From Muribaculaceae bacterium (GTDB lineage Bacteria; Bacteroidota; Bacteroidia; Bacteroidales; Muribaculaceae): a stretch of 64,000 nt of DNA. Where the stretch lies: contig JAGCCU010000034.1 of NCBI GenBank assembly GCA_017651515.1, positions 10,049 to 74,048 on the forward strand, written 5' to 3'. A program made the position numbers and the translations under genes. Under the pieces are notes generated by a model. It saw nothing but the letters and a program-made list of their open reading frames with translations. It searched no databases and was not told where the DNA came from. Numbering within the stretch: the stretch's first letter is position 1; every line of letters starts with the position of its first letter. Positions 19,741-31,377 of this stretch are shown here, one piece after another.

Positions 19741-21210
19741 ATGGACGAGTACTATTACAGTGGCAGTAGTTTTTATGACGAGGCCGATGGGGACGTGCGG
19801 TCGGCTTTCTCCGATGTGAGCGAGGCAGTCAGTTCGCATCCCGACCGTGTCAGCCTGCGAGCCCGTCGCTACGGACAATGGTGGCGCGTGACAGGTATCA
19901 ATCCCGATTGTCCTGACAAAGAGCACGCTGCACAGCAGTTACGGCACGACTATACCATAATGGCTCCGCTGCATCAGCCGGCGCTCCCTCGTCTCGTGGC
20001 GATGATTGAAACTCCACTTTTGGACGGCGAAGCCGTCATCGAGGAGTGGATAGATGGCACGACTCTTGTCTATTTTCTGAAAACTAATCCAGACGATAAC
20101 GTGCGTGCCGAACTGCTTGACCAACTCCTCGATGCACTTGAATATTGCCATGGCAAAGGCATTGCACACGGCCATCTATCGACCGACAATCTGTTGGTCG
20201 CCGCTCAAGGACATTCGCTCAAACTTACAGGCATGACCTGTGGGGATGAGACAAAAGCTGATGTCAAGGCTCTGGCCGACATCATCGAGGCTTTGCAACC
20301 CAACGTATTGTCATCGGTAGCAAGACAGTGCCGACAAGAACGCCTCACCACTGTGGAACAGGTGCAACGCGCCATTGCAACGCGCAGAAGTAGCAGTCGC
20401 TGGCGTATGCCTCTAATAATTGCCGCTATGATAACGATAATAGCTGCTGCAGCATTTTGGGGCGGACACCGACAGGCCATACAGAATGACAAAGTCATGA
20501 CCGACTCCTTGCCTCTGCCAGCAATATACTTCAGTGACACTATCTCCCTCAATACAGGCGGTGACAACGGACTTCAGACCTACTGGTCAACTGTCACCCA
20601 CGCGATGCTATTCTACTACAACTGGCAGGGTGATTTGTCGCAGGATATTTCCGAAGATGTGGCTGTGGATTTAGGGCTGAGTGTACTTTGGGCGCCATTC
20701 AACGTGGGGTGCACCGATGGCGATGTGAACCATCTGGGAGGTTATTGCACATGGTGTGACACATTGGGCGTGGGTATTTTCCGTCCAGCTGAGGAACAGT
20801 GGCCAGCGTCACGACCGCTTGTTGATATTGCCGGCACCGACCACGACCCCGTGAGGCGGTTGTGGGACAGCAACTGGCGAATGCCAACTGCTCGCGAGTT
20901 GCAAGAACTTCACGACTGCTGCGTGTGGACGCTCGTGCGACAGCGTGGACTGCCATTGGGTTATCTGTTAAAAGGACCAAACGGCAACAGCATATTCCTG
21001 CCAATGGCAGGATATCGAGAAAAAAACTCTGAGTGCGAGATTGGGTTAATAGGCAGCTACTGGAGCAGCTCTCCTGTCACCGGCATCAACCGATGCGTTT
21101 ATGCCATGCGACTTGACACTACTATTGTCACTGCCACCGATACCGTGCCGCTGGGATTCGCACGCTCTATACGTCCAGTATTGGACAGGCTTCCACGCTC
21201 ACAGCAATGA
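19741..21210 (+). CDS. Ser/Thr pseudokinase + TM + C-terminal VDLGL-type (DUF1566/FISUMP-like lectin-fold) domain
   Basis: EEWIDG.TL and L.YCH.KGIAHGHLSTDNLL (HRD and DFG lost); TM helix; VDLGLSVLWAPFNVG, WRMPT..E, GPNGNSIFLP.AG, YWSS, SIRPV. Confidence 0.8.
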   Translation: MDEYYYSGSSFYDEADGDVRSAFSDVSEAVSSHPDRVSLRARRYGQWWRVTGINPDCPDKEHAAQQLRHDYTIMAPLHQPALPRLVAMIETPLLDGEAVIEEWIDGTTLVYFLKTNPDDNVRAELLDQLLDALEYCHGKGIAHGHLSTDNLLVAAQGHSLKLTGMTCGDETKADVKALADIIEALQPNVLSSVARQCRQERLTTVEQVQRAIATRRSSSRWRMPLIIAAMITIIAAAAFWGGHRQAIQNDKVMTDSLPLPAIYFSDTISLNTGGDNGLQTYWSTVTHAMLFYYNWQGDLSQDISEDVAVDLGLSVLWAPFNVGCTDGDVNHLGGYCTWCDTLGVGIFRPAEEQWPASRPLVDIAGTDHDPVRRLWDSNWRMPTARELQELHDCCVWTLVRQRGLPLGYLLKGPNGNSIFLPMAGYREKNSECEIGLIGSYWSSSPVTGINRCVYAMRLDTTIVTATDTVPLGFARSIRPVLDRLPRSQQ

Positions 21211-22712
21211 CGCAATTTGAACAATTCAGCGAAGTGCGTTGTCACAGCCGCTACAATCGCCTGATCAAGGCATGGCGAGACGGACAGTGGTGGATGCTCA
21301 AAGGATTGAAATCCGAATATGAGAACGATCCTGTGATGAAAGAATTGCTTCGCAAGGAATTTGACCTGTGCATGCTGTTGCGACATACTGGGGTGGTGGG
21401 ATGCACATCTATAGAATTCGTGCCTGAACTTGGAGGAACGTTCATCGTGCAGGAACTGGTGGAGGGATGCACGCTCACAAAATGGCTCGAAGCAAAGCAC
21501 AGCAACCAGGATAAGGTAGATGTCCTTATTCAACTCTCAGACGTACTCGCTTACTGCCACAGCATGGGCGTGGTGCACCGCGACGTGAAACCCTCGAATG
21601 TGATGATTACGCCATTAAGCAAACTAATCCTCATTGACTTCGGTCTTGCAGTGGCGGCTAACCAGCAGGTGTTCCGTTTGCCGGCAGGAACCAAGCAATA
21701 CATGGCTCCCGAACAATTGCGTGACGATGTGACTGTCGATGGTCGAGCTGACTTATTTGCCGTGGGGCGCATAATGCAGCAGATGAAGCTCCCTTACCGT
21801 TATAAGAAGGTAACCAACTGTCTGTTACAAGAAAACCGCGAGCATCGTTACCATAGTGCCTTGCAATTATCACAAGCCTTGCAAAACGTTGACATGCGCC
21901 ACCGCCTTCATTTGGATATGGCACTCGTGGCTGTTTTAGTTGGTGTCGTGACACTATTGGCATATAAGTTAGGGAATGGAGTATTGGGAAACCGCTTGCT
22001 GGGAGTTGGCGACCAAGCATCTCCTGTAATGCCTGCTTTGCTGACCCAAGATACTACCAACCATTGGGTGGCCGATACTACACATTATATTACCTATACT
22101 GACACTCTAAAGGGTTTCTCATTCAGTTATCCAAAAATAACAAGTGACATACCTGGCCCCATCAACGAGCAAATAGCGATTGACTTGGGACTTAACGTAC
22201 TTTGGGCACCGTTTAATGTCGGGTGCGACCATGCAAGTCTTCTTATGCCTGGCGGATATTATGGGTATGGTGAACCATCAGGACGGCTCATTACCATCAC
22301 ACCCGATAATGTACCGCAATTTTGGAATACTGCTCACGGTGATTACGCTGGCACCGAACACGACATCGTTCGTGTGCACTGGGGTGGTAAATGGCGTACA
22401 CCACGGCAAGCCGACTTCGACGAGCTGTTGCATCGTTGCCAATGGACACTGATACATCCCGACCATTTGGTGCCAGGCTACTTGGTGACCGGGCCAAATG
22501 GCAATAGTATATACCTACCGCTGGCGGGATTTCGCTATGAGACGCGATACTATGTTCAGGGGGAATATGGCTACTACTGGTTTACCAGCGATGCCTGTCC
22601 AGATAATACGTTTGAGGCTGGCATAGGACTTTGGCTCAAGCCCGAGGGCATCCAATATTTTATTACCATTGCTAACAACGGCTTCAGCGTTCGACCAGTG
22701 CTTGATAAATAA
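21207..22712 (+). CDS. Ser/Thr protein kinase + TM + C-terminal VDLGL-type lectin-fold domain
   Basis: MLKGL, HRDVKPSN, IDFGLA, GT..YMAPE, DLFAVG; TM helix; IDLGLNVLWAPFNVG, WRTP, GPNGNSIYLPLAG, GFSVRPV. Confidence 0.88.
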   Translation: MTQFEQFSEVRCHSRYNRLIKAWRDGQWWMLKGLKSEYENDPVMKELLRKEFDLCMLLRHTGVVGCTSIEFVPELGGTFIVQELVEGCTLTKWLEAKHSNQDKVDVLIQLSDVLAYCHSMGVVHRDVKPSNVMITPLSKLILIDFGLAVAANQQVFRLPAGTKQYMAPEQLRDDVTVDGRADLFAVGRIMQQMKLPYRYKKVTNCLLQENREHRYHSALQLSQALQNVDMRHRLHLDMALVAVLVGVVTLLAYKLGNGVLGNRLLGVGDQASPVMPALLTQDTTNHWVADTTHYITYTDTLKGFSFSYPKITSDIPGPINEQIAIDLGLNVLWAPFNVGCDHASLLMPGGYYGYGEPSGRLITITPDNVPQFWNTAHGDYAGTEHDIVRVHWGGKWRTPRQADFDELLHRCQWTLIHPDHLVPGYLVTGPNGNSIYLPLAGFRYETRYYVQGEYGYYWFTSDACPDNTFEAGIGLWLKPEGIQYFITIANNGFSVRPVLDK

Positions 22713-22728
22713 TGCCTACTAGGTGTTT

Positions 22729-23292
22729 TTACAGTTTTCGAGCTTGAATGCCACCTTTCTTGCCGCACACGTAAGTTTTTACGCAGTCGCTACCAATTCG
22801 CTGAACTTGTGTGAGTACCAATTGTTCACCACACACCATGCCAATGCAAGAGAATGTGTCATCAACGGCAAGTTTGCAACGCTCGCATTCCAGTACACGA
22901 AAACGCCCTTGCTCCATATACTGAACTACTATGCGACGTCCTGGGTGCCATGTTACCTCTATACGGTCACCTTGTTTCAAAGTGCTGATTGGAATAACTG
23001 GAGCATAATGCCAACCACTCGTATCCTCTGCGGTGAGCGTGTCACAAAACTCTGCCCAGTCACGGCATCCCACATATCGTGCTAACACGCCTAACGTTGC
23101 AAGTCGCACTGTGTTGTAACCCTTCACGTAATCCCATAATCGCTTGAGTGTACTCACAGAGAGACGCTCATCTGTAACGGCTGCTATTTCGTCGGACAAC
23201 TCGTTGAAGTCGTGTGGACCAGTAATCTGATGACCATATCGCTGTTCCACATCGTACCGCAGCCGTTCCACTGCCATGTCATTCGTATTCAT
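22729..23292 (-). CDS. Conserved Bacteroidales protein with N-terminal HTH-like domain
   Basis: DF..LSD.I.....LSVSTLKRLWDYV...R.ATL.VLARYVG..DW.EF, then W.PGR...F.V...KL beta domain. Confidence 0.7.
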   Translation of the reverse strand: MNTNDMAVERLRYDVEQRYGHQITGPHDFNELSDEIAAVTDERLSVSTLKRLWDYVKGYNTVRLATLGVLARYVGCRDWAEFCDTLTAEDTSGWHYAPVIPISTLKQGDRIEVTWHPGRRIVVQYMEQGRFRVLECERCKLAVDDTFSCIGMVCGEQLVLTQVQRIGSDCVKTYVCGKKGGIQARKL

Positions 23293-23511
23293 ATTGCGAG
23301 TCGGTATTCTGTTTTAATTCGGCAAAATTAGTCTATTCAATTCACCTCCACAACAGTTGTCAACTATAACAACCATAATATACACAATTAGAACCAACAA
23401 GAACCAGCCTATCTATTGCATTTTATATAAGGTCATTATAACTTTGCAAACAATGAAAACAGAAACCGCCGAAACGCTAGAAAGGAAGTAGGCAAAATCC
23501 TAAAAATATAA

Positions 23512-24156
23512 ATGATGAAGAAAAAATTATTACTTCTTACAATGGCAACAATCGCATTGATGATTGTATCGTGTTCCTCACAGCAAAAACAAAACAAAGA
23601 TGATAGTGAAGCAAATACTATCACCGAAGAAATTGCAGATACTTCTGATGAGCAATCAGATGATATTGACCAAGTTGATGCTGATACAGACCATACTGAG
23701 GATGAACAGATATCAGGCAGTAATACTCTGGAGAAGGTGATGGGCAATAAGAGCGACTGGATAGGACTAAAGGTTTATGAAGATGAATGGCCAGTATACG
23801 TTAATAAAAATGTCAGGGTCGAAGGCACTAATAATCGTGTTGTAATTGCATATGTTCTCTTTGACATGAGTAGGGCTAATAGACGGCACTCATCTTCTAG
23901 TAAATTCATAGATGACGATCATGCTCGTGGACATATTAAAAGTAAAGATGGACTTCGCGAAACTCCTTACTTTATCATTGAGGAACGACATCACATGTAT
24001 TGGGATAATTATATCCTCAAGAATATAAGCTATTATAATAAGGAGGGTGAATTAATCAAACAGTATTCCGACCAAGGAACTTCTGATGTCATCAGTGATT
24101 ATAATGAATCCATTCGTGACAAAATTAAAGAACTTGCTGCATCAAAATTGAACTAA
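23512..24156 (+). CDS. Hypothetical lipoprotein, AT-rich
   Basis: Lipobox IVSC, acidic linker, TAACTTTG promoter at 23439-23446. Confidence 0.7.
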   Translation: MMKKKLLLLTMATIALMIVSCSSQQKQNKDDSEANTITEEIADTSDEQSDDIDQVDADTDHTEDEQISGSNTLEKVMGNKSDWIGLKVYEDEWPVYVNKNVRVEGTNNRVVIAYVLFDMSRANRRHSSSSKFIDDDHARGHIKSKDGLRETPYFIIEERHHMYWDNYILKNISYYNKEGELIKQYSDQGTSDVISDYNESIRDKIKELAASKLN

Positions 24157-24410
24157 AGTCTTGGAAAATACATAAAAAAGTATTAAAGTAAATCCTTAAA
24201 AACAGTACTGATAGTCCTAATCCCCGAATTCAGCCGAATTTGGGGATTATATTCTCTATATTTCAAAAAAATAGGGGAATGGGAATATTCTATATCAATT
24301 GTATACAAAGAAACAAGTAAAGGCAGAGACTGATAAACTGGAGTGTTATTAACGAGTGCCTTAAATTGGCCAACCCGTATTTTATGCATATCAGTCTCGA
24401 GTTATAGCGG

Positions 24411-26603
<2,193 letters not shown>

Positions 26604-26733
26604 TCAGCGAATTCAATGCGCTAAATTACTAATAATAATTGAAATAATTCCCGCCACACGCAAAAAGCATTAAAATAAATACTAATAATACCATATATTT
26701 GCCAATTAATACCCTCAATTCATAATTATTATA

Positions 26734-26741
26734 TAACTTTG
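26734..26741 (+). promoter_or_regulatory. Bacteroidetes -7 promoter element upstream of pssA
   Basis: TAACTTTG 85 nt before ATG 26827. Confidence 0.6.
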
Positions 26742-26826
26742 CAGTTTGACGCACGCGCACACGCTACATACGCACGTGGCTGCTCGCGTGGCGTTGGACA
26801 CAAATTGAATAATAAACCCACTTGAA

Positions 26827-27564
26827 ATGAGCAATATTATCAAATCAATAAAGAACAACATTCCCAATGCTGTCACCTGCATAAATCTGCTGTGCGGCAC
26901 TTTAGCCATAGTGGCAGCATTTAACTGTTTTGACGATGTTTTGTGGGGGTTGCAAGGTTACCAACTAGCATTTCTGCTTATTGCTATCGGAGCCGTGGCC
27001 GACTTCTGCGATGGTCTCGTGGCCCGTCTGCTACATGCCGTGAGTGGTATAGGCAAAGAACTCGACTCGCTAAGCGATTTGGTGACCTTTGGACTTGCAC
27101 CTGCCATGATCATTTACAACATGATGCACATAGCCAACCCCGACAGCTACTGGTGCTTTACGGCAATGCTATTACCTGTTTTCGGAGCATTGCGTCTTGC
27201 TAAATTCAATGTCGATACTGAGCAGACGACCACTTTCAAGGGGCTTCCTATTCCCGCAAATGCACTTTATTGGATTGGGGCTGCCGAATTCTTGGCCAAT
27301 AGTCCCGAAGTCTTACAAGGCGGTATTGTTGGAATGATTTTGTTATTCTCAATTTTAATGGTGTCAGACATACCCATGTTTTCTTTCAAACTCCATGGTT
27401 TCAGCCTACGCGAAAATTGGGCACAGTTTTTGCTTATCATCATCGCTGTGATATTATTGGCAGTGTATCGACTGGAAGGTTTGATGTTCATCATTTGGGC
27501 ATATATACTCTTGTCGATACTGAAAGATTTGATTAACAACGTAAAGAGTTTGAAAAAAGAATGA
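26827..27564 (+). CDS. pssA: CDP-diacylglycerol--serine O-phosphatidyltransferase
   Basis: IPNAVTC.NL, DFCDGLVAR...GKELDSLSDLVTFGLAPA, LRLAKFN, F.GLPIPA. Confidence 0.93.
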   Translation: MSNIIKSIKNNIPNAVTCINLLCGTLAIVAAFNCFDDVLWGLQGYQLAFLLIAIGAVADFCDGLVARLLHAVSGIGKELDSLSDLVTFGLAPAMIIYNMMHIANPDSYWCFTAMLLPVFGALRLAKFNVDTEQTTTFKGLPIPANALYWIGAAEFLANSPEVLQGGIVGMILLFSILMVSDIPMFSFKLHGFSLRENWAQFLLIIIAVILLAVYRLEGLMFIIWAYILLSILKDLINNVKSLKKE

Positions 27565-27857
27565 AAATCTTAATACTTGTAATACTGTTCATCATCTTCT
27601 TCCCAATCATCAAGATGTGGATGTTTATGCGGCGTGCACGTAGAAACATGGAAGATGCATATGAGCAGCTACGACGTCACAGTCAACCTGATGCCTCGAC
27701 CGATAACGGCCGCTATCACGACCGTTACGGTGATGACGTGGGCGAATATGCCGACTATGAGGAGGTCCGCGGTGAACCCCACTTAGAACCTGAGACTGAA
27801 GACCCCGTAGCGATGGAGGAGCAGGTAGTGGATGCTGAATTTGAAGAAATAAGATAA
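27561..27857 (+). CDS. DUF4834-like small membrane-anchored protein
   Basis: N-terminal TM, GEYADYEEV and DAEFEEI motifs; usual position after pssA in Bacteroidales. Confidence 0.7.
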   Translation: MKILILVILFIIFFPIIKMWMFMRRARRNMEDAYEQLRRHSQPDASTDNGRYHDRYGDDVGEYADYEEVRGEPHLEPETEDPVAMEEQVVDAEFEEIR

Positions 27858-27868
27858 TTACACACTAT

Positions 27869-29311
27869 ATGAAACGATACACTTTATTCCCATTAATAAC
27901 ACTCATTCTGCTAGCTACAACACTTTGGTCATGCAGCAGTTCGCCGCTGGAAAAGGCTGTCAAGCAGGCGCTTGTGCAGCAAGACACCACCCAAGAGCGA
28001 TTTGACTCTATATGCAGCATCATCAAGGCCTACCCCGAGCGATACAAAGCCTACCTTACCGAAGACGGACAGATTGACATCGCTGCATTGGCAAAGCTCA
28101 TAGAGAGCCAAGGGGCAAGTCTTCGACCGCCCATGCACTGGAACGTCACACAATACGGCATGCAGCAACTTTCACTCACCATCTACTTTGAACGCAGTGG
28201 CTCAATGGTACCTTATGACGCACCAGGAGGCCGCGGCCAACTCAAGAAAGCAGTGAACGACCTAATCAACCATTTTCCCTCGAGCAATGTTACGATAAAT
28301 ATCGTGAACGACGGCATATATCCGTATCAGGGTACTATCGACCAGTTTCTGCAAGACCGTAATATCTACGCTAGCACTCAAGGCATGGGTAACGCCTCGT
28401 TCACCGACTTCCAAAAGATTTTCAACGACATCCTCGCTGCACAGCGACCCGGCAACGTGAGCGTGTTGGTTACCGATCTCATCTACTCTCCAGCCGACAC
28501 GCGCGACGTGAGTGTGGAGAAAATCTTCAACGAGGAGAACAGCCTTGCTACTCGCATTTTCAAACAATATAAAGGCAAATCAATATTGGTGCATCAACTC
28601 ATGGGCGATTACCAGGGAAAGTATTATCCTTACAACAATCAACCATTCAACTATAGTGGCCAGCGCCCATTCTACCTGATTATCATAGCCGACACTCCTG
28701 TAATGGATGCCATGGCAGCTGGGGCCGACTATGCAAGATTTATGCAACCCGCTTCGCTGCGCAATAGTTATCGCTTCAATCAGGCTGAAGCTACTGTCAA
28801 CTATTGCGCTGTGCCCGACTGGAAGGACAACGCAGGACGATTCCGCATTGATCACCGCGACCCTACTCGCCTCACCAAGTGCGAAGGCGACAAAACCACT
28901 GGTATAATGTGCATGAGCATTGCCGTTGACCTTAGCAATATGCACAAATCACCGCAGTTCCTTGCCGATCCAGCTAACTATCAGCTGTACTCGACAAGCG
29001 GCTTCACAATGAAAGTGCAGCCAATCGAGCCATCAATGATTAACGGTAACAATCGCGCCTATCTGGAAGGCAAGACGCACCTTATCACATTGACAGGCAA
29101 GCTTACCGAACCACGCGACGAAATCACCATTTCGCTCGCCAACGACTTCCCCACATGGATTGAGCAGAGCACTGCACAGAGCGACACCAATCCATCGGCG
29201 CCTGACTTTGCCACGACCACCCTAGGACTTAAAGAATTCCTCGGAGGCATTGCCAGTGCATTCGGCACCAGCGGAAATTACACTACAATAAAGCTAAAAC
29301 TAGAGAGATAA
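27869..29311 (+). CDS. Lipoprotein with vWA/MIDAS-like domain
   Basis: Lipobox LWSC; IYFERSGSM (DxSxS-like), FTDF, VLVTDLIYSP, RPFYLIII. Confidence 0.7.
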   Translation: MKRYTLFPLITLILLATTLWSCSSSPLEKAVKQALVQQDTTQERFDSICSIIKAYPERYKAYLTEDGQIDIAALAKLIESQGASLRPPMHWNVTQYGMQQLSLTIYFERSGSMVPYDAPGGRGQLKKAVNDLINHFPSSNVTINIVNDGIYPYQGTIDQFLQDRNIYASTQGMGNASFTDFQKIFNDILAAQRPGNVSVLVTDLIYSPADTRDVSVEKIFNEENSLATRIFKQYKGKSILVHQLMGDYQGKYYPYNNQPFNYSGQRPFYLIIIADTPVMDAMAAGADYARFMQPASLRNSYRFNQAEATVNYCAVPDWKDNAGRFRIDHRDPTRLTKCEGDKTTGIMCMSIAVDLSNMHKSPQFLADPANYQLYSTSGFTMKVQPIEPSMINGNNRAYLEGKTHLITLTGKLTEPRDEITISLANDFPTWIEQSTAQSDTNPSAPDFATTTLGLKEFLGGIASAFGTSGNYTTIKLKLER

Positions 29312-29369
29312 ATCTGTCATACCCCAAGTCCTCGGATTTTATATTTAAAGGAATTAAACAACACTAAAT

Positions 29370-29819
29370 ATGAAAAAGCAACATTTGATTTACCTCATTG
29401 CTGGAATCGTGATTACGATTTTGTTCTACATTTTCCGTGTAGATGCTTACGAAGCCGTTTACTCCGTTTCGGGTTACAGCGACCAGTTGTACAACCTGGG
29501 TCTATATGAGACAATCCCACTTATTACAATTGTAGTGGCATGGGCTATGGCTGGCATCTATTATTTTGCCATCAATTCGGTCCGCTTTGACCGCTGGTAC
29601 CACTGGTTGATAATGCTGGCGCTTGTAGTGCTGCTAGCACCCATTGCCGGCTACTTCGTCAACAGCCGCATCTTCGATGAGAACGGACTTAGCTATGTAA
29701 CTGAGTCGCTCACCTTCGAACTGGTTAATATGATGTGGGCTGCATTGCTTTTCATCGTAGCATCATTCTCTATGCGCTGGTGGAGCACCAACTGCCGCCA
29801 CACCCCCATTCCACAATAA
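29370..29819 (+). CDS. Small 4-TM membrane protein of the tubulin-like operon
   Basis: Four hydrophobic helices; YY.INS.RF..W.HW and RWWSTNCRHTP. Confidence 0.75.
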   Translation: MKKQHLIYLIAGIVITILFYIFRVDAYEAVYSVSGYSDQLYNLGLYETIPLITIVVAWAMAGIYYFAINSVRFDRWYHWLIMLALVVLLAPIAGYFVNSRIFDENGLSYVTESLTFELVNMMWAALLFIVASFSMRWWSTNCRHTPIPQ

Positions 29820-29851
29820 TAATTAGTTTGTAATTAAAACTCAGAAAGAAT

Positions 29852-31366
29852 ATGCGATTATTTTTGCTTGCAATAGGAGGTACCGGTTCGCGTGTGCTGA
29901 AATCGCTGCTGATGCTATCGGCGGCGGGAGTTCGTCCCGTTGACGAAGACGGCCATCCTGTACCCAATCTTGAAATCGTACCTGTTATTATCGACCCGCA
30001 CAAGAGTAACGAAGACCTCAAACGTACCGAGGCTCTGTTGACTAACTACCGCTCTATCCGCAATCGCCTTTATGGCAACGAACTAAACGTTGATGGTTTC
30101 TTTGCAAACCGCATCGTCACCCTACGCGAAATAATGAGCGACAGCACAATACAGCTCAACGACACGTTCATCTTCAACCTCAGCGCCGTGGAACGCGAGA
30201 AGTTCCGCGACTTCATCGGCTACGATACGATGAATGAGGCCAACCAGGCCCTCACGTCTTTGCTGTTTGCCGATTACCAGTTGGAGAACAAGATGAACAT
30301 TGGCTTCGTGGGTTCGCCCAACATCGGCAGTGTAGCGCTGAACGAAATCAAAGACAGCGATGAGTTCAAGGCACTCGCCAACGTATTCAATGCCGGCGAC
30401 CGCATTTTCTTCATCAGCTCAATCTTCGGCGGAACAGGTGCTGCTGGCTTCCCGATTATGGTGAAGAACCTACGTCAGGCAAAGAACCTGGAAATCAACA
30501 ATCGCGACGTATTACGCCGCGCACCGATAGGCGGCATCACAGTTCTCCCCTATTTCAACATCGAGCATAACGATGACCATCGCATCGACAAGGCCGATTT
30601 CATCGTCAAGACACAAAGTGCTCTCTATTATTATAAAGAGACCCTGACCGGAGCCAACGACAGCGAACTGAATGCCATATTCTACATCGGTGACCAGGAA
30701 GTGTCGAAGCCTTACGCCTACGATCCTGGAGAGCATGGTCAACGAAACCGTGCACACCTCATTGAGATGATTGCTGCACTGGCACCGCTCAAGTTTGCCG
30801 GTATAGCCGACAGCCGCCTGACCGATCAGAACGGCTTCCCCATGCCCACGATGGCGTTTGAGTTCGGACTGGAGAAGGACGTGCGCGACATTGACTTCCT
30901 TGCCCTGGGTTCCAGTACACGCAGACTGGTGTATGAACCGTTGGTGCAGTTCCACCTGCTGTTCCTGTTCCTGCGCACCGGCCTGCGCGGCATGATAGGG
31001 CAGGGCTTCACCGAAGATGCTCCTAAACTCAAAAGCGATTTCCTCACCTCGCAGTTCTACCGCACTCTTACCGACCAGTTCATGCGTGGCTATGTGGAGT
31101 GGATCAGCGAGATGTATGACAACAACCGCAGCGTGCAACTGTTCAATATGGGCGAGAACGACATGAGCAACGCTATTCACCACGTTCACACCCGCAAGAC
31201 TCTGTTGGGCCGCAAGACTGTGGACAACAACACATTCAAGGCCGAAATGAACAAGTTGAGCCGCGATGCCAAGTACAGTACGCACACCGTAGAGTACAAG
31301 CTGCTCGACCTGTTCCACCGTGCTGCCGAGACTATTGTGCGCGACCGCTACGAAAACATCAACTAG
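29852..31366 (+). CDS. Divergent tubulin/FtsZ-superfamily GTPase-like protein
   Basis: N-terminal Rossmann LLAIGGTGSRV, IIDP, GFVGSPNIG, SSIFGGTGAAGFP (tubulin GGGTG(S/T)G signature variant), VLPYF. Confidence 0.82.
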   Translation: MRLFLLAIGGTGSRVLKSLLMLSAAGVRPVDEDGHPVPNLEIVPVIIDPHKSNEDLKRTEALLTNYRSIRNRLYGNELNVDGFFANRIVTLREIMSDSTIQLNDTFIFNLSAVEREKFRDFIGYDTMNEANQALTSLLFADYQLENKMNIGFVGSPNIGSVALNEIKDSDEFKALANVFNAGDRIFFISSIFGGTGAAGFPIMVKNLRQAKNLEINNRDVLRRAPIGGITVLPYFNIEHNDDHRIDKADFIVKTQSALYYYKETLTGANDSELNAIFYIGDQEVSKPYAYDPGEHGQRNRAHLIEMIAALAPLKFAGIADSRLTDQNGFPMPTMAFEFGLEKDVRDIDFLALGSSTRRLVYEPLVQFHLLFLFLRTGLRGMIGQGFTEDAPKLKSDFLTSQFYRTLTDQFMRGYVEWISEMYDNNRSVQLFNMGENDMSNAIHHVHTRKTLLGRKTVDNNTFKAEMNKLSRDAKYSTHTVEYKLLDLFHRAAETIVRDRYENIN

Positions 31367-31377
31367 ACCATACGTCT

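Noticed and set aside
20650-22712. Diversity-generating retroelement acting on the two CLec-like C-termini
   Set aside because: No reverse transcriptase and no template repeat differing only at adenines in the window; similarity between the two domains is ordinary paralogy. A remote DGR cannot be excluded
17822-24156. Intact prophage
   Set aside because: Only a capsid-like gene and one small ORF; no terminase, portal, tail, lysis or integration genes
26748-26793. Alternating purine-pyrimidine tract (GACGCACGCGCACACGC...) in the pssA leader as Z-DNA or riboswitch
   Set aside because: Short and interrupted, with no recognisable aptamer; such tracts are common in Bacteroidales intergenic DNA
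30512-31318. 268-aa antisense ORF, and similar antisense ORFs such as 60825-61661, 63261-63770, 15700-16278 and 54295-54819
   Set aside because: Shadow frames opposite well-supported genes with biased codon usage; no motifs of their own
29852-31366. Cell-division ftsZ
   Set aside because: Lacks GGGGxNAV, NTD and NxDFAD motifs and is not in a dcw cluster; called a divergent tubulin-like protein instead
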